In this document: positions 1 through 9,404 of the stretch, piece after piece
Layout of the letters: every line of letters starts with the position of its first letter
Numbering within the stretch: the first letter of the stretch is position 1
Origin: Nevskiales bacterium
Lineage (GTDB): Bacteria > Pseudomonadota > Gammaproteobacteria > Nevskiales > JBOICV01
DNA length: 64,000 nucleotides
Assembly: GCA_050740255.1 (NCBI GenBank)
Contig: JBOICV010000092.1
Coordinates: 24,708 to 88,707 of the forward strand
Direction of reading: 5' to 3'
Translations under genes and position numbers: made by a program
The notes under the pieces: generated by a model
The model's database searches: none
Told to the model about the DNA's origin: nothing
What the model saw: only the letters and a program-made list of their open reading frames with translations

Positions 1-90
1 CAGCGCCGCCGGGACGAAGTAGCACTGCGCCGGCTGCTCGCCGAACTGCGTGACAGCGGCCGCGTGCTGGTGCGCGAAGAACTCGAATGA
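1..90 (+). CDS. 3' end of an unidentified CDS (partial; continues upstream of the window)
   Basis: Frame 1 is open from base 1 (..DEVALRRLLAELRDSGRVLVREELE*). Its TGA (88-90) overlaps the next ATG (87-89) as ATGA, a typical coupled junction. Confidence 0.4.
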   Translation, partial: QRRRDEVALRRLLAELRDSGRVLVREELE

Positions 91-1271
91 ACAGCCTACT
101 CCGCGTCCTGACGCTGGGACTGCTGTTGTTCAACCAGGTTCCGGCTCAGGCGCACAGCCGCGGCACTTCTTATTCCTTCTGGACGATAGACGACGCTGGT
201 GCCGACGTGCGGGTGCGCGTATCGCAACTGGAGTTGACGCGTCTGCAACTCGACCCGAGCTTCACGCCAGGCTACACCGACGAAGTGGGTTCCCGCGCGA
301 TAAACGACGTTCAGCTTTGGTCGGCTGCCGGACGGTGTACCGCTTCAGCTCCCAAGCTGATTGCTGGAGAGGACGGCTGGCTCAATCTGCGCTGGCGGCT
401 GAAGTGTGCAAGCTCGCAGGATTTGACCATCCGCAGCCAATTGCTGCACGAGGTCGCGCCTTCGCACTTGCATTTCGTACGCGTCACGTTGCCGGATGGC
501 GAACTGCGTCAACGCGTGCTCACCTATGCCGAGCCCGCGATGGAATTGGATATGCCACAGGCAAGTGCGCCGGCATCGCTCGGGCGTTATGCAGCGCTGG
601 GTATCGAGCACATTCTGAGTGGCTGGGATCATCTGGCCTTTGTGCTTGCCCTGATTCTGCTGGCAGCGAGCCTGCGCGAGGTGGCGGTGGTCGCAACCGG
701 CTTCACTCTCGCTCACAGCCTTACGCTCGCAGCGGCGGTGCTCGGCTGGGTGCAAACCCGCGGCGAGGTGGTGGAGGCGCTGATTGGCTTTTCCATCGCG
801 CTGGTCGCGGCCGAGAATCTCTGGCTGCGTGCCGGCCGCGAGCGCTGGTTGCCCTGGGCGCTGAGTCTGGTCTTGGTCGCGCTCTGCCTGCTGGGCGTCA
901 CGCGCCTGCCGGCCGCCGTACTGCTGGGGCTGGCATTGTTCTCGCTCTGCCATTTTGCACTGCTGCAACAAACGCAACGCCCGGCGCGGTTACGCTTGGC
1001 GCTCGCCTTTGTTTTCGGTCTTGTGCATGGCTTCGGCTTCGCCGGCGTGATGGCAGAACTGAATCTGCCGGCGGGTCAGCTTGCCGTGGGACTATTGGGT
1101 TTCAACAGCGGTGTGGAGCTGGGGCAGCTTCTGGTGATTGCGCTGGTCTGGCCGGCATTGCGGCTGCTCGAACGCTGGCCGCAGGCGCGCCGGTGGCTGG
1201 GGGATGGCGGCTCCGCCGCGATCTGCGCGCTGGGCACATACTGGTTTTTGATACGCGGAATTAGTTTGTAA
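87..1271 (+). CDS. HupE/UreJ-family membrane protein with an N-terminal periplasmic domain of about 170 aa
   Basis: 394-aa ORF with signal peptide MNSLLRVLTLGLLLFNQVPAQA. The polytopic C-terminal half carries the HupE/UreJ-type motif GIEHILSGWDHLAFVLALILL. Confidence 0.7.
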   Translation: MNSLLRVLTLGLLLFNQVPAQAHSRGTSYSFWTIDDAGADVRVRVSQLELTRLQLDPSFTPGYTDEVGSRAINDVQLWSAAGRCTASAPKLIAGEDGWLNLRWRLKCASSQDLTIRSQLLHEVAPSHLHFVRVTLPDGELRQRVLTYAEPAMELDMPQASAPASLGRYAALGIEHILSGWDHLAFVLALILLAASLREVAVVATGFTLAHSLTLAAAVLGWVQTRGEVVEALIGFSIALVAAENLWLRAGRERWLPWALSLVLVALCLLGVTRLPAAVLLGLALFSLCHFALLQQTQRPARLRLALAFVFGLVHGFGFAGVMAELNLPAGQLAVGLLGFNSGVELGQLLVIALVWPALRLLERWPQARRWLGDGGSAAICALGTYWFLIRGISL

Positions 1272-1286
1272 AAAATAGAGGGAGAG

Positions 1287-3500
1287 ATGAAAAAACTACT
1301 GATCGGTTTTGTCGCGGTCATAGCCGCACTCGTCGTGTTCGTCGCAGTTGACCACCGCGGCAAACTGGAGGAACCCGGGGAGATTACCCGCAGCGCTGTG
1401 CCGCCAGAGAGGGTAGCGCAGCGAAACGGCATGCGCGCCGGTAGCGACAAGCAGATCCTGTTCGGTGATCTGCACGTGCATACGACTTACTCAGTGGACG
1501 CGCACGCCTGGAGTATGCCGATATTCCACGGCGAGGGCGTGCATCCACCGGCCGAGGCTTGCGACTACGCGCGCTTCTGCTCCGATCTTGATTTCTGGGC
1601 CACCACTGAGCACGCCGAGTCGCTGACGCCGCGGCACTGGCGCGAGCTCAAGGAAACCGTCCGCCAGTGCAATGCCGTGGCCGGCGATCCGGCCAATCCT
1701 GATCTCGTCTCCTTTCTCGGCTGGGAGTGGACCCAGATGGGAAACACCGCCGAGGAGCACTACGGTCACAAGAACGTGATTTTCATGGATACCGAGGACG
1801 ACAAAGTGCCTGCCCGGCCGATCAGCGCGGGCGGCATAGCCGCGACCGCCATGCGCAACGCCGCCATTCCGTTCTGGCGCAATCTGGTCAGTCCCTATCT
1901 CGACTGGAGCAGCCGCCAGAGCCAGTTCAATCAGCAGTACAAGATGAAGGATCTCAAGGCGCAGCCGCTATGTCCCGATGGCCTTGCCGAGCGCGAAATG
2001 CCGGTTGATTGCGTCGAGTTTGCAGAAACGCCCAGGGAGCTGTTCGCCAAGCTCAACGACTGGGGCTTCGATGCGCTGGTGATTCCGCACGGCAACACCT
2101 GGGGTTATTACACGCCGCCGGGCTCAAGCTGGGACAAACAGTTGACGCGCGAGCAGCATGACCCCAAGCGACAGATGCTGATCGAAGTGTTCTCGGGCCA
2201 CGGCAACTCGGAGGAATTCCGCGACTGGCGCGAAGTGGCCTACGACGCGCAGGGCAATGCAGTCTGTCCCGAACCCACCGAGAATTACCTGCCGTCCTGC
2301 TGGCGCGCGGGCGAGCTGATACGTACGCGCTGTGGCGAACTCTCCACACAGGAGTGCGAGCAGCGCGTGACGACAGGGCAGCTTGACTATCTCGCGGCGG
2401 GACGTGCCGGGCATATCGTCATTCCGGGAGTGCAGCCGGACGACTGGCTTGACTCGGGCCAGTGCCGCGACTGTTATCTGCCGGCCTTCAACTTTCGGCC
2501 GAAAAGCTCAGTGCAGTACGCCGTGGCGCTCAGCAACTTTGATGAGCAGAACGAAGAAGGCAACGGTCCGCTGCGCTTTCGTTTTGGTTTCATTGCCTCC
2601 AGCGATAACCACTCCGCGCAGCCGGGCACCGGCTACAAGGAACTCGACCGCCAGGATAGCGCCGACGTATTCGGCCAGGACGGTGTGTTCAGGGACGGTT
2701 TCATAGACGCGGCCAAGGCCAAGGGCAGTGGCACGGAATCCGTGCCTTACGACCTGACCAGCGGCCGTTTCAACTTCATGCAAATCGCGGAAAGCGAGCG
2801 CCAGCAGTCGTATTTCTACACCGGCGGGCTGGTAGCGGTGCACAGCGCCGGGCGTAACCGCGAAGCGATCTGGGGCGCGATGAAGCGGCGTGAAGTTTAT
2901 GCCACCTCCGGCGAACGCATGCTGTTGTGGTTCGATTTACTGGGCGAGGGTGGGGTCACTGCACCGATGGGCTCGGAAGTCACGGGCGCCGGCGTTCCGC
3001 GTTTTCGCGTGCGCGCGGTAGGCGACTTCGAGCAGCTACCCGGCTGCCCGGAGCACAGCACGACCTCGCTGTCACCCAACCAGATCGCAGGCATCTGCCG
3101 CGGCGAGTGCTATAACCCGTCCGACACGCGCAAGACGATTGAACGCATCGAGGTTATCCGCATCCGCCCGCAGAACACGCCCGGCGAAAACATGGCCGAT
3201 CTGATCCAGGACCCGTGGCAGGTTTTCGCCTGCAGCGGCGATTCCAGCGGCTGCACGGTGGAGTTCGAGGATCCGGGTTTTGCGGCCGAAAACCGGGAAG
3301 TGATTTACTACGTGCGTGCGGTGGAGAAGGTCAGCGCCACCGTCAACGCCGGTAATCTGCGCTGCGAATACAACGAGCAAGGCGAGTGCATCGCGGTAAA
3401 ACCCTGCTTCGGTGATTCCCGCACGTCGGATAACGATGATTGCCTGGCGCCGGCCCCCGAGCGCGCCTGGTCGTCGCCGATTTTCGTGAAACCGTCGTAA
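1287..3500 (+). CDS. DUF3604 domain protein (PHP-like metal-dependent hydrolase fold), N-terminally membrane-anchored
   Basis: 737-aa ORF with RBS gagggagag upstream and an N-terminal TM segment LLIGFVAVIAALVVFVAV. It has the hallmark ILFGDLHVHTTYSVDAH motif and many paired Cys residues, consistent with an extracytoplasmic protein. Confidence 0.8.
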   Translation: MKKLLIGFVAVIAALVVFVAVDHRGKLEEPGEITRSAVPPERVAQRNGMRAGSDKQILFGDLHVHTTYSVDAHAWSMPIFHGEGVHPPAEACDYARFCSDLDFWATTEHAESLTPRHWRELKETVRQCNAVAGDPANPDLVSFLGWEWTQMGNTAEEHYGHKNVIFMDTEDDKVPARPISAGGIAATAMRNAAIPFWRNLVSPYLDWSSRQSQFNQQYKMKDLKAQPLCPDGLAEREMPVDCVEFAETPRELFAKLNDWGFDALVIPHGNTWGYYTPPGSSWDKQLTREQHDPKRQMLIEVFSGHGNSEEFRDWREVAYDAQGNAVCPEPTENYLPSCWRAGELIRTRCGELSTQECEQRVTTGQLDYLAAGRAGHIVIPGVQPDDWLDSGQCRDCYLPAFNFRPKSSVQYAVALSNFDEQNEEGNGPLRFRFGFIASSDNHSAQPGTGYKELDRQDSADVFGQDGVFRDGFIDAAKAKGSGTESVPYDLTSGRFNFMQIAESERQQSYFYTGGLVAVHSAGRNREAIWGAMKRREVYATSGERMLLWFDLLGEGGVTAPMGSEVTGAGVPRFRVRAVGDFEQLPGCPEHSTTSLSPNQIAGICRGECYNPSDTRKTIERIEVIRIRPQNTPGENMADLIQDPWQVFACSGDSSGCTVEFEDPGFAAENREVIYYVRAVEKVSATVNAGNLRCEYNEQGECIAVKPCFGDSRTSDNDDCLAPAPERAWSSPIFVKPS

Positions 3501-3507
3501 CTACTTT

Positions 3508-3541
3508 CCCCTCTCCCTCTGGGAGAGGGTACGGGTGAGGG
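3508..3541. repeat. REP-like palindromic element (CCCTCTCCC-tct-GGGAGAGGG + GGGTGAGGG tail)
   Basis: Perfect 9-nt inverted arms lie directly after the DUF3604 stop. Near-identical copies are at 22967-23002 and 35374-35407. Confidence 0.85.
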
Positions 3542-3627
3542 TTTTTCTACGTGTAGGGGAACGCGGCAAATCGCGCCGGGTCATAAGCTTCAGAGACGGT
3601 TGCGCCGCCCGACAAAGGAGGTAACGG

Positions 3628-4137
3628 ATGTTTCGCGATTACCTCAGGCTCATCACCTTTACCGGCGGGTTGCTCGTGGGCGTGCAGCTCCCATCCTTCG
3701 TTGATCAATACGAGAAGCGGGTGGATGCTCACTATGTTGAAGCGCAGCTGAATTTTGCCGGCTTCCAAGCGACCGCCGACCGCTACTTCGGCGGCGATGT
3801 GGAAGCGATGCTGCGCCATCACGATCAAAGCAGCGACCTGGTATTTCAAGACGAAGCCAAGGCCATCCGCTCCATCTGGCAGCGCCTGCAGATGCTGAAA
3901 GCCGAACAGGCCGCCATGAATCAAGACTTCGTGCGGCAGGTGTATCACCTGCTCGCTAACGCGAATACTGAATTACGGAACGAGACCCGCAGCGCCTACA
4001 GCTATACCGTATTGCTGACGATGGAAGCCATCGCTTCAGGTATCGCTGGTGGTTTCGTGACCGCGTTCAGCGTGGAGCTGGTCGTGCTGTTCTTGGGGGT
4101 CCTGTTTCTACCCGGTCCACGCGCTCGCCGGGTGTAG
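3628..4137 (+). CDS. Small membrane protein, DUF2937-like (family assignment from memory, tentative)
   Basis: 169-aa ORF with a strong RBS aaaggagg 6 nt upstream. TM segments occur at both ends, and the N-terminus reads LPSFVDQYEKRVDAH. Confidence 0.6.
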   Translation: MFRDYLRLITFTGGLLVGVQLPSFVDQYEKRVDAHYVEAQLNFAGFQATADRYFGGDVEAMLRHHDQSSDLVFQDEAKAIRSIWQRLQMLKAEQAAMNQDFVRQVYHLLANANTELRNETRSAYSYTVLLTMEAIASGIAGGFVTAFSVELVVLFLGVLFLPGPRARRV

Positions 4138-4243
4138 CTTGGTGTGATTGCGAATCGCCAAGACCTGCTTGACGAGGTGCTAGCTTGGGTCTAGTGTGAA
4201 ATAGTCACGCAGGAGATGTTCACAGAAACATCAAGGGGGTCTT

Positions 4244-4405
4244 GTGGGGAGATCGCGTTCTCGCGTTACGGCTTTACTGCTCATGCTGCTTGCAGCGACG
4301 CTGCTCTACGCCTGTGGCGGCGGTGGTAGCGACAATGACTTCCTCATGCCGCCCGCACTGACCTGGGACCAGGGTACCTGGGATAACGTCAGCTGGGCTC
4401 CATAA
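4244..4405 (+). CDS. Small putative lipoprotein (53 aa; below the ORF-track cutoff)
   Basis: GTG start with RBS aaggggg 4 nt upstream. Translation is VGRSRSRVTALLLMLLAATLLYACGGGGSDNDFLMPPALTWDQGTWDNVSWAP*, showing a basic n-region, a hydrophobic core and an LYAC lipobox-like cysteine. Confidence 0.5.
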   Translation: MGRSRSRVTALLLMLLAATLLYACGGGGSDNDFLMPPALTWDQGTWDNVSWAP

Positions 4406-4441
4406 CACCCTCTAAGTCCGGCCTTTCAACCGTTAAGGGAT

Positions 4442-5128
4442 ATGCAAATGAACAGGAAACTCATCGGCCTCACACTTTTTCTGGCCGCCGCGGCAGCTTA
4501 CGCGGCTTCCGTGCCTCACACTTTCCAGCCCAATACGCCGGCGCGCGCCCAAGAGGTGAACGCAAATTTCGCGGCCCTGGTGACGGCAGTGACCAGCCTC
4601 GAAAACCGCGTAGCGGCGCTGGAAAGCGGCGGGCCAGCTCCGACCGTCGCTTCGCTGGCCGGAACCTACAGTTACCAGAGCTTGGAAATGGGCGTGCAGC
4701 AGCTTGCGGGTGGCAGCGGACATCAGGGCGCGAGGGTGACGGGTTCCAGATTCGCCGGCACCGTCACGCTTAATGCCAACGGCACATTTACCGTTTCCAC
4801 CGCCGGCGACGACACCGTGGCGCAGGTGGATTCCTTTCAGGTGAGTGCGCACTTACACACGCTACCGCCGCCGAACTCCGGCAGCACCGGGACCACCCAG
4901 ACCAACGCAACCGACGCCGAGGTCGCCGTCAGTCGCGCAACCGATACTGATTCAGGCGGGGGAACCTGGACTCTCAATGCGGGAGAAGTCGTAGCTACTT
5001 CCACGGGCGGGGAAGTCACGCGTCTGCGCCCGGTTGCCGGAAAACTGCTCATAGGCGTGAACCGCGAGTTCAGTACCTCTGGTGATATCGAAGATATTTA
5101 CGTTCTGAGCATACTGGTCAAGCAGTAG
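4442..5128 (+). CDS. Secreted hypothetical protein with an N-terminal coiled-coil/collar-like segment
   Basis: 228-aa ORF with RBS taaggga and signal peptide MQMNRKLIGLTLFLAAAAAYA. The segment PARAQEVNANFAALVTAVTSLENRVAALE resembles fiber/collar N-termini. The rest is Thr/Gly/Ser rich. Confidence 0.65.
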   Translation: MQMNRKLIGLTLFLAAAAAYAASVPHTFQPNTPARAQEVNANFAALVTAVTSLENRVAALESGGPAPTVASLAGTYSYQSLEMGVQQLAGGSGHQGARVTGSRFAGTVTLNANGTFTVSTAGDDTVAQVDSFQVSAHLHTLPPPNSGSTGTTQTNATDAEVAVSRATDTDSGGGTWTLNAGEVVATSTGGEVTRLRPVAGKLLIGVNREFSTSGDIEDIYVLSILVKQ

Positions 5129-5145
5129 CGCTTCGCCATAGTCTC

Positions 5146-5475
5146 GTGCCAGGACGAGCGATGCAGGCTATAGAAAACCGCGCCGTACAGGCGGAACGGT
5201 TCTGGCGGCAAGGGGATGCCGCAAAATCCATCGCCGATCTCGATGCCGCTTACCGGGCCTATACCAGCGCCCATGATTTGATTACCGACTGCGCCAAGTT
5301 GCATATGCGGGCGCATCAAAAGCTGCGGGAAATAAACTGCCTCCGCGGCAGTAGCGAGCGATACACGGACAATATTCTTCTGTTTCTCGCACCTCTAGGC
5401 GTATTCGAGCTGCTGGCATTCATCTTCAAATCCAAAGTAGGAAGCTCCGAGCTGTGCCGGCGCACGGCGAACTGA
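5146..5475 (+). CDS. Hypothetical small protein with a C-terminal hydrophobic segment (weak call; start 5146 GTG or 5161 ATG)
   Basis: It is the only sizeable ORF in this interval. No recognisable motif was found, and the 3' part looks AT-richer than the surroundings. Confidence 0.3.
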   Translation: MPGRAMQAIENRAVQAERFWRQGDAAKSIADLDAAYRAYTSAHDLITDCAKLHMRAHQKLREINCLRGSSERYTDNILLFLAPLGVFELLAFIFKSKVGSSELCRRTAN

Positions 5476-5545
5476 GCGGAGTACAGCTCGTCTGATTGCA
5501 CGTTCAGTTGCACTGATCCGCCATCCCAGCACCGTCTCCCGCGCT

Positions 5546-6019
5546 GTGCGGGCCATTGAGGTACAGCTCCGCGTGCAGCACGGCGGGGTCTTGTCGCTGA
5601 GTTATCAGCTTGTAGGCGACCTCACCCGGTTGCGTATCCCCGAAACACGGCCGCCACGCCGTGCTGACCAGCTTTGGCGGCACTCTTGCTTCGAAGCCTT
5701 CGTTCGCCAGGCTGGGCAACCCGCTTACCGCGAATACAATTTTGCGCTCTCGCGCGAATGGGCGGCGTATGGTTTTCGCAGATACCGCGAAGGCATGCAG
5801 CCGCTAGAAGCGCCTGATCCTGCGATCGTCGCGCGTAGTGCAGGCGAGCGGCTGGAGCTTGACGCAGTCATCCAGATAAAGGATTTTTTGGCCCTGCAAC
5901 TGGGGCTTGCCGCTGTCGTAGAAGAGCTAGATGGAACCATTTCCTACTGGGCGCTGTTGCATCCACTCGGCAAACCGGACTTCCATCACCCGGATACGCT
6001 GGCTGTGGAGCTTCGATAG
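5546..6019 (+). CDS. DOMON-like domain protein (start uncertain; the frame stays open upstream to about 5462 with no canonical start)
   Basis: The sequence LWRHSCFEAFV..YREYNFALSREWAAYGF is typical of proteobacterial DOMON-like proteins. The 5546 start is GTG. Confidence 0.55.
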   Translation: MRAIEVQLRVQHGGVLSLSYQLVGDLTRLRIPETRPPRRADQLWRHSCFEAFVRQAGQPAYREYNFALSREWAAYGFRRYREGMQPLEAPDPAIVARSAGERLELDAVIQIKDFLALQLGLAAVVEELDGTISYWALLHPLGKPDFHHPDTLAVELR

Positions 6020-6054
6020 CGGCGCATGCCTTATTCTTGATCTTTCCAAAATGG

Positions 6055-6074
6055 ATGCCGGCTTCCGCCGGCAT
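6055..6074. repeat. Perfect 8-bp-stem hairpin ATGCCGGC-ttcc-GCCGGCAT after the DOMON-like gene
   Basis: Inverted repeat read directly from the sequence. It has no T-tract, so it is not called an intrinsic terminator. Confidence 0.5.
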
Positions 6075-6103
6075 GACGGACAAGAGAGGGTTCGATAAAA
6101 GCA

Positions 6104-7309
6104 ATGAAGTTCGGTATTGATCGCCTGCTGGAAGATGCCGCGTTGCGCAAACCGCTCGCGGGCCGCCGTATCGGTTTGCTGGCACATCCGGCTTCGGTGA
6201 CGCGTGATCTGGCGCACTCGCTCGATGCACTGGCAGGGCTGAAGGGCATCAATCTAACTGCCGCTTTCGGTCCGCAACACGGACTGCGCGGCGACAAGCA
6301 GGACAATATGATCGAGTCGCCGGATTTCCGCGATCCGGTGCATGGCATCCCGGTATTCAGCCTTTACGGCAAGCTGCGCCGGCCCTCCGCGGAGATGATG
6401 GGCAGCTTCGATGTATTGCTGGTGGATTTGCAGGACCTCGGCTGCCGTATCTACACCTTCATAACGACTTTGCGCTACGTGCTGGAGGAAGCGGCTAGGC
6501 ATGGCAAGACGGTATGGGTGCTTGATCGGCCCAATCCTGCCGGACGACCGGTGGAGGGCTTGAAGCTGCGCGCGGGCTGGGAGAGTTTCGTCGGCGCCGG
6601 GCCGCTGCCAATGCGTCACGGTCTGACGATGGGCGAGCTGGCGCAATGGTTCGTGCGCACACTCAAGCTCGACGTGGAATGTAATGTGGTGACGATGCAA
6701 GGCTGGCAGCCGGCGCGGACACCGGGCTACGGTTGGCCGCTGGGCGAGCGTGCCTGGGTGAATCCGAGCCCGAATGCAGCCAACCTGTCCATGGCGCGCT
6801 GCTATGCGGGTACGGTAATGCTCGAGGGTACGACACTATCCGAAGGCCGCGGCACCACGCGTCCGCTGGAGTTGTTCGGGGCACCGGATCTGGAACCGCG
6901 TGCCTTGCTAGCTGCGATGGAATTGCTGGCTCCACAATGGATGCGCGGTTGCCGGCTGCGAGAGTGCTGGTTTGAGCCGACTTTCCACAAGCATTCCGGC
7001 AAGCTCTGTGCGGGAATTCAGATTCATGTCGAAGACGCGGCCTACGACCATGACGCCTTCCGGCCCTGGCGTCTGATGGCTCTGGCATTCAAGGCGCTGC
7101 GCAGATTACGTCCAGAGTACGAACTCTGGCGCGATTTCCCCTACGAATATGAGCGTGATCGGCTGGCGATTGACGTGATCAACGGCAGCGAGCTGTTACG
7201 CCAATGGGTGGACGATACTGCGGCTACACCCGCCGATCTGGATGCGCTCGCCGCCGCCGATGAAACGGCGTGGCGTGCAGAGCGTGAAGCACTGCTGTTG
7301 TACCGCTGA
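6104..7309 (+). CDS. DUF1343 family protein (NamZ-like exo-beta-N-acetylmuramidase)
   Basis: 401-aa ORF. The start MKFGIDRLLED..GRRIGLLAHPASV and the later DLQDLGCRIYTF and NPSPN segments match the DUF1343/YbbC pattern. Confidence 0.8.
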   Translation: MKFGIDRLLEDAALRKPLAGRRIGLLAHPASVTRDLAHSLDALAGLKGINLTAAFGPQHGLRGDKQDNMIESPDFRDPVHGIPVFSLYGKLRRPSAEMMGSFDVLLVDLQDLGCRIYTFITTLRYVLEEAARHGKTVWVLDRPNPAGRPVEGLKLRAGWESFVGAGPLPMRHGLTMGELAQWFVRTLKLDVECNVVTMQGWQPARTPGYGWPLGERAWVNPSPNAANLSMARCYAGTVMLEGTTLSEGRGTTRPLELFGAPDLEPRALLAAMELLAPQWMRGCRLRECWFEPTFHKHSGKLCAGIQIHVEDAAYDHDAFRPWRLMALAFKALRRLRPEYELWRDFPYEYERDRLAIDVINGSELLRQWVDDTAATPADLDALAAADETAWRAEREALLLYR

Positions 7310-7313
7310 CGCG

Positions 7314-7499
7314 ATGCAAGATCAGTTCCCCGTAATCTGCCCCTACTGCGGAGAGGCGCTGGAAATTTACCTCGAGCCGGACCTTGAGGGGAGTCTGGTT
7401 CAGGATTGCGAAGTCTGCTGCAACCCCTGGCAGGTCGAGGTGTGGACCGACGGCGATGAACGCCACATTTCGGTGGCGCGCGCCGACGGCTCGGAGTAG
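7314..7499 (+). CDS. CPXCG motif-containing cysteine-rich small protein
   Basis: 61 aa from the internal ATG 5 nt after the upstream stop: MQDQFPVICPYCGEALEIYLEPDLEGSLVQDCEVCCNPWQVEV. It has the CPYCG and CEVCC metal-binding pairs. Confidence 0.8.
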   Translation: MQDQFPVICPYCGEALEIYLEPDLEGSLVQDCEVCCNPWQVEVWTDGDERHISVARADGSE

Positions 7500-7772
7500 G
7501 GGCTACTAGCGCTTGCGCCGTTCCTCCGCAGCCTCTTCGGCCGCATCCTCGCGCCGTTCCTGCGTTTCTTCACGGCGCTCTTCCTCGGTTTCCGGAATCA
7601 CTGAGTCTTCCTGAGGAAACGTCAGAATAAGCGTTCATCGGTAAGCGCTGGCAGAATACATCGATTAGCGCCACCCATTCTTTGCAGGCGCCATCGGCCG
7701 CCGGCAGGCCTGGCTATTTGCAGTTCATCAGGCTCGCGCTACCTTAGCGCATTGAACGGATAGGGGAAGATT

Positions 7773-9398
7773 ATGCTGCAAGGCCAGATGATGGATACGC
7801 CGCTGCTGATTTCATCGCTGCTGGTGCACGCGGATAAGTATCACGGCGATACCGAAATCGTGTCGCGCACGATAGAGGGGCCAATCCATCGCTATACCTA
7901 CCGCGAGGCGCATAGCCGCACGCGCCAGCTCGCCAACGCACTGCTCAAGCTCGACGTGCAATCCGGCGAGCGCGTGGCGACCCTGGCCTGGAATGGTTAC
8001 CGCCACTTCGAGCTGTACTTCGGCGTCTCCGGCATCGGCGCGGTGGTGCACACGATCAATCCGCGCCTGCATCCGGAACAGATCGCATGGATTGCGAATC
8101 ACGCCGAAGACAAGTTCTTGTGCTTCGACATTACCTTCGCGCCCATCATCGAGAAAATCGCCGCGCTATGCCCACAGGTGCAGGGCTGGATCGCCATGAC
8201 CGATCGTGCGCACATGCCGGCGATCAAAGTGCCCAATCTTCTTTGCTATGAAGAGCTAATCGGGGCCGCATCCGATCAGTACGAATGGCCGGCCTTCGAC
8301 GAGCGCAGCGCCGCCTGCCTGTGCTACACCTCGGGCACGACCGGCAATCCCAAGGGCGTGCTGTATTCGCACCGCTCGACCATCCTGCACTCTTACGGCG
8401 TGTCGCTACCGGATGCGCTCGGCCTGTCGGCGCGCGAGGTGGTGCTGCCGGTGGTGCCGATGTTCCACGTCAGTGCCTGGACTCTTCCCTATCTGGGCGC
8501 GATGATCGGCTTCAAGCTGGTGTTTCCCGGCGCGGCGCTGGATGGTCCCAGCGTGTGCGAGTTGTTCGAGAACGAGCGCGTCACTTTCAGCGCCGGCGTG
8601 CCCACGGTCTGGCTGGCGGTACTCCAGCATTTGCAGAAAACCGGCAAGGCGCCCGCCCACCTCAAGCGCATGCTGGTCGGCGGCTCGGCCTGCCCGCCGG
8701 CGCTGATGCAGACCTTCAAGCGCGACTACGGTATTCAACTCATTCATGGCTGGGGCATGACGGAAATGTCGCCGCTTGGCACGGTCGGCACGCTGAAGTG
8801 CAAGCACCTGGAGTGGCCGGAGGAGCAGCGCTTCGCGGTGGAACTGAAGCAGGGCCGTCCACCGTTCGGAGTTGAACTCAAGATCACCGACGCGGAAGGC
8901 AGGGAATTGCCGCGCGACGGCAAGGCCCAGGGCGATCTGCTGGTGCGCGGGCCCTGGATCATCAAGAGCTACTTCAAGGTCGAGCAGAGCCCGCTGGTGG
9001 ACGGCTGGTTTCCCACCGGCGACGTCGCCACTCTGGATCCCGACGGTTTCATGGAGATCAAGGACCGCAGCAAGGACGTGATCAAATCCGGCGGCGAGTG
9101 GATCAGCTCGATTGATCTGGAGAACATTGCCATGTCGCATCCCGCGGTGGCCATGGCCGCGGTGATCGGCGTGCCGCATGCCAAGTGGGACGAGCGGCCG
9201 CTGCTGATCGTGGTGAAGAAGCCCGGCCAGGAAGTCACGCGCGAGGCGCTACTGAAGTTCTACGAAGGCAAGATCGCCAAGTGGTGGCTGCCGGACGATG
9301 TCGCTTTTGTGGAGGCCTTGCCGCTGGGTGCGACCGGCAAGGTGCAGAAAATCAAACTGAGAGAGCAGTTCCGCGAGCACAAGCTGCCCGGGGTCTGA
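7773..9398 (+). CDS. Long-chain fatty acid--CoA ligase (AMP-dependent synthetase/ligase family)
   Basis: 541 aa with RBS ggggaag. It carries the AMP-binding motif [12 protein letters not shown] and later GWGMTE and TGD..DGF..I.DRSKD motifs. Confidence 0.9.
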   Translation: MLQGQMMDTPLLISSLLVHADKYHGDTEIVSRTIEGPIHRYTYREAHSRTRQLANALLKLDVQSGERVATLAWNGYRHFELYFGVSGIGAVVHTINPRLHPEQIAWIANHAEDKFLCFDITFAPIIEKIAALCPQVQGWIAMTDRAHMPAIKVPNLLCYEELIGAASDQYEWPAFDERSAACLCYTSGTTGNPKGVLYSHRSTILHSYGVSLPDALGLSAREVVLPVVPMFHVSAWTLPYLGAMIGFKLVFPGAALDGPSVCELFENERVTFSAGVPTVWLAVLQHLQKTGKAPAHLKRMLVGGSACPPALMQTFKRDYGIQLIHGWGMTEMSPLGTVGTLKCKHLEWPEEQRFAVELKQGRPPFGVELKITDAEGRELPRDGKAQGDLLVRGPWIIKSYFKVEQSPLVDGWFPTGDVATLDPDGFMEIKDRSKDVIKSGGEWISSIDLENIAMSHPAVAMAAVIGVPHAKWDERPLLIVVKKPGQEVTREALLKFYEGKIAKWWLPDDVAFVEALPLGATGKVQKIKLREQFREHKLPGV

Positions 9399-9404
9399 TT
9401 GGAT

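Noticed and set aside
50-1264. A 404-aa plus-strand ORF overlapping the HupE-like gene in another frame
   Set aside because: It has an Arg/Ala/Gly/Cys-rich composition without motifs. The frame starting at 87 has a signal peptide, TM helices and a family motif, so this one is an alternate-frame shadow.
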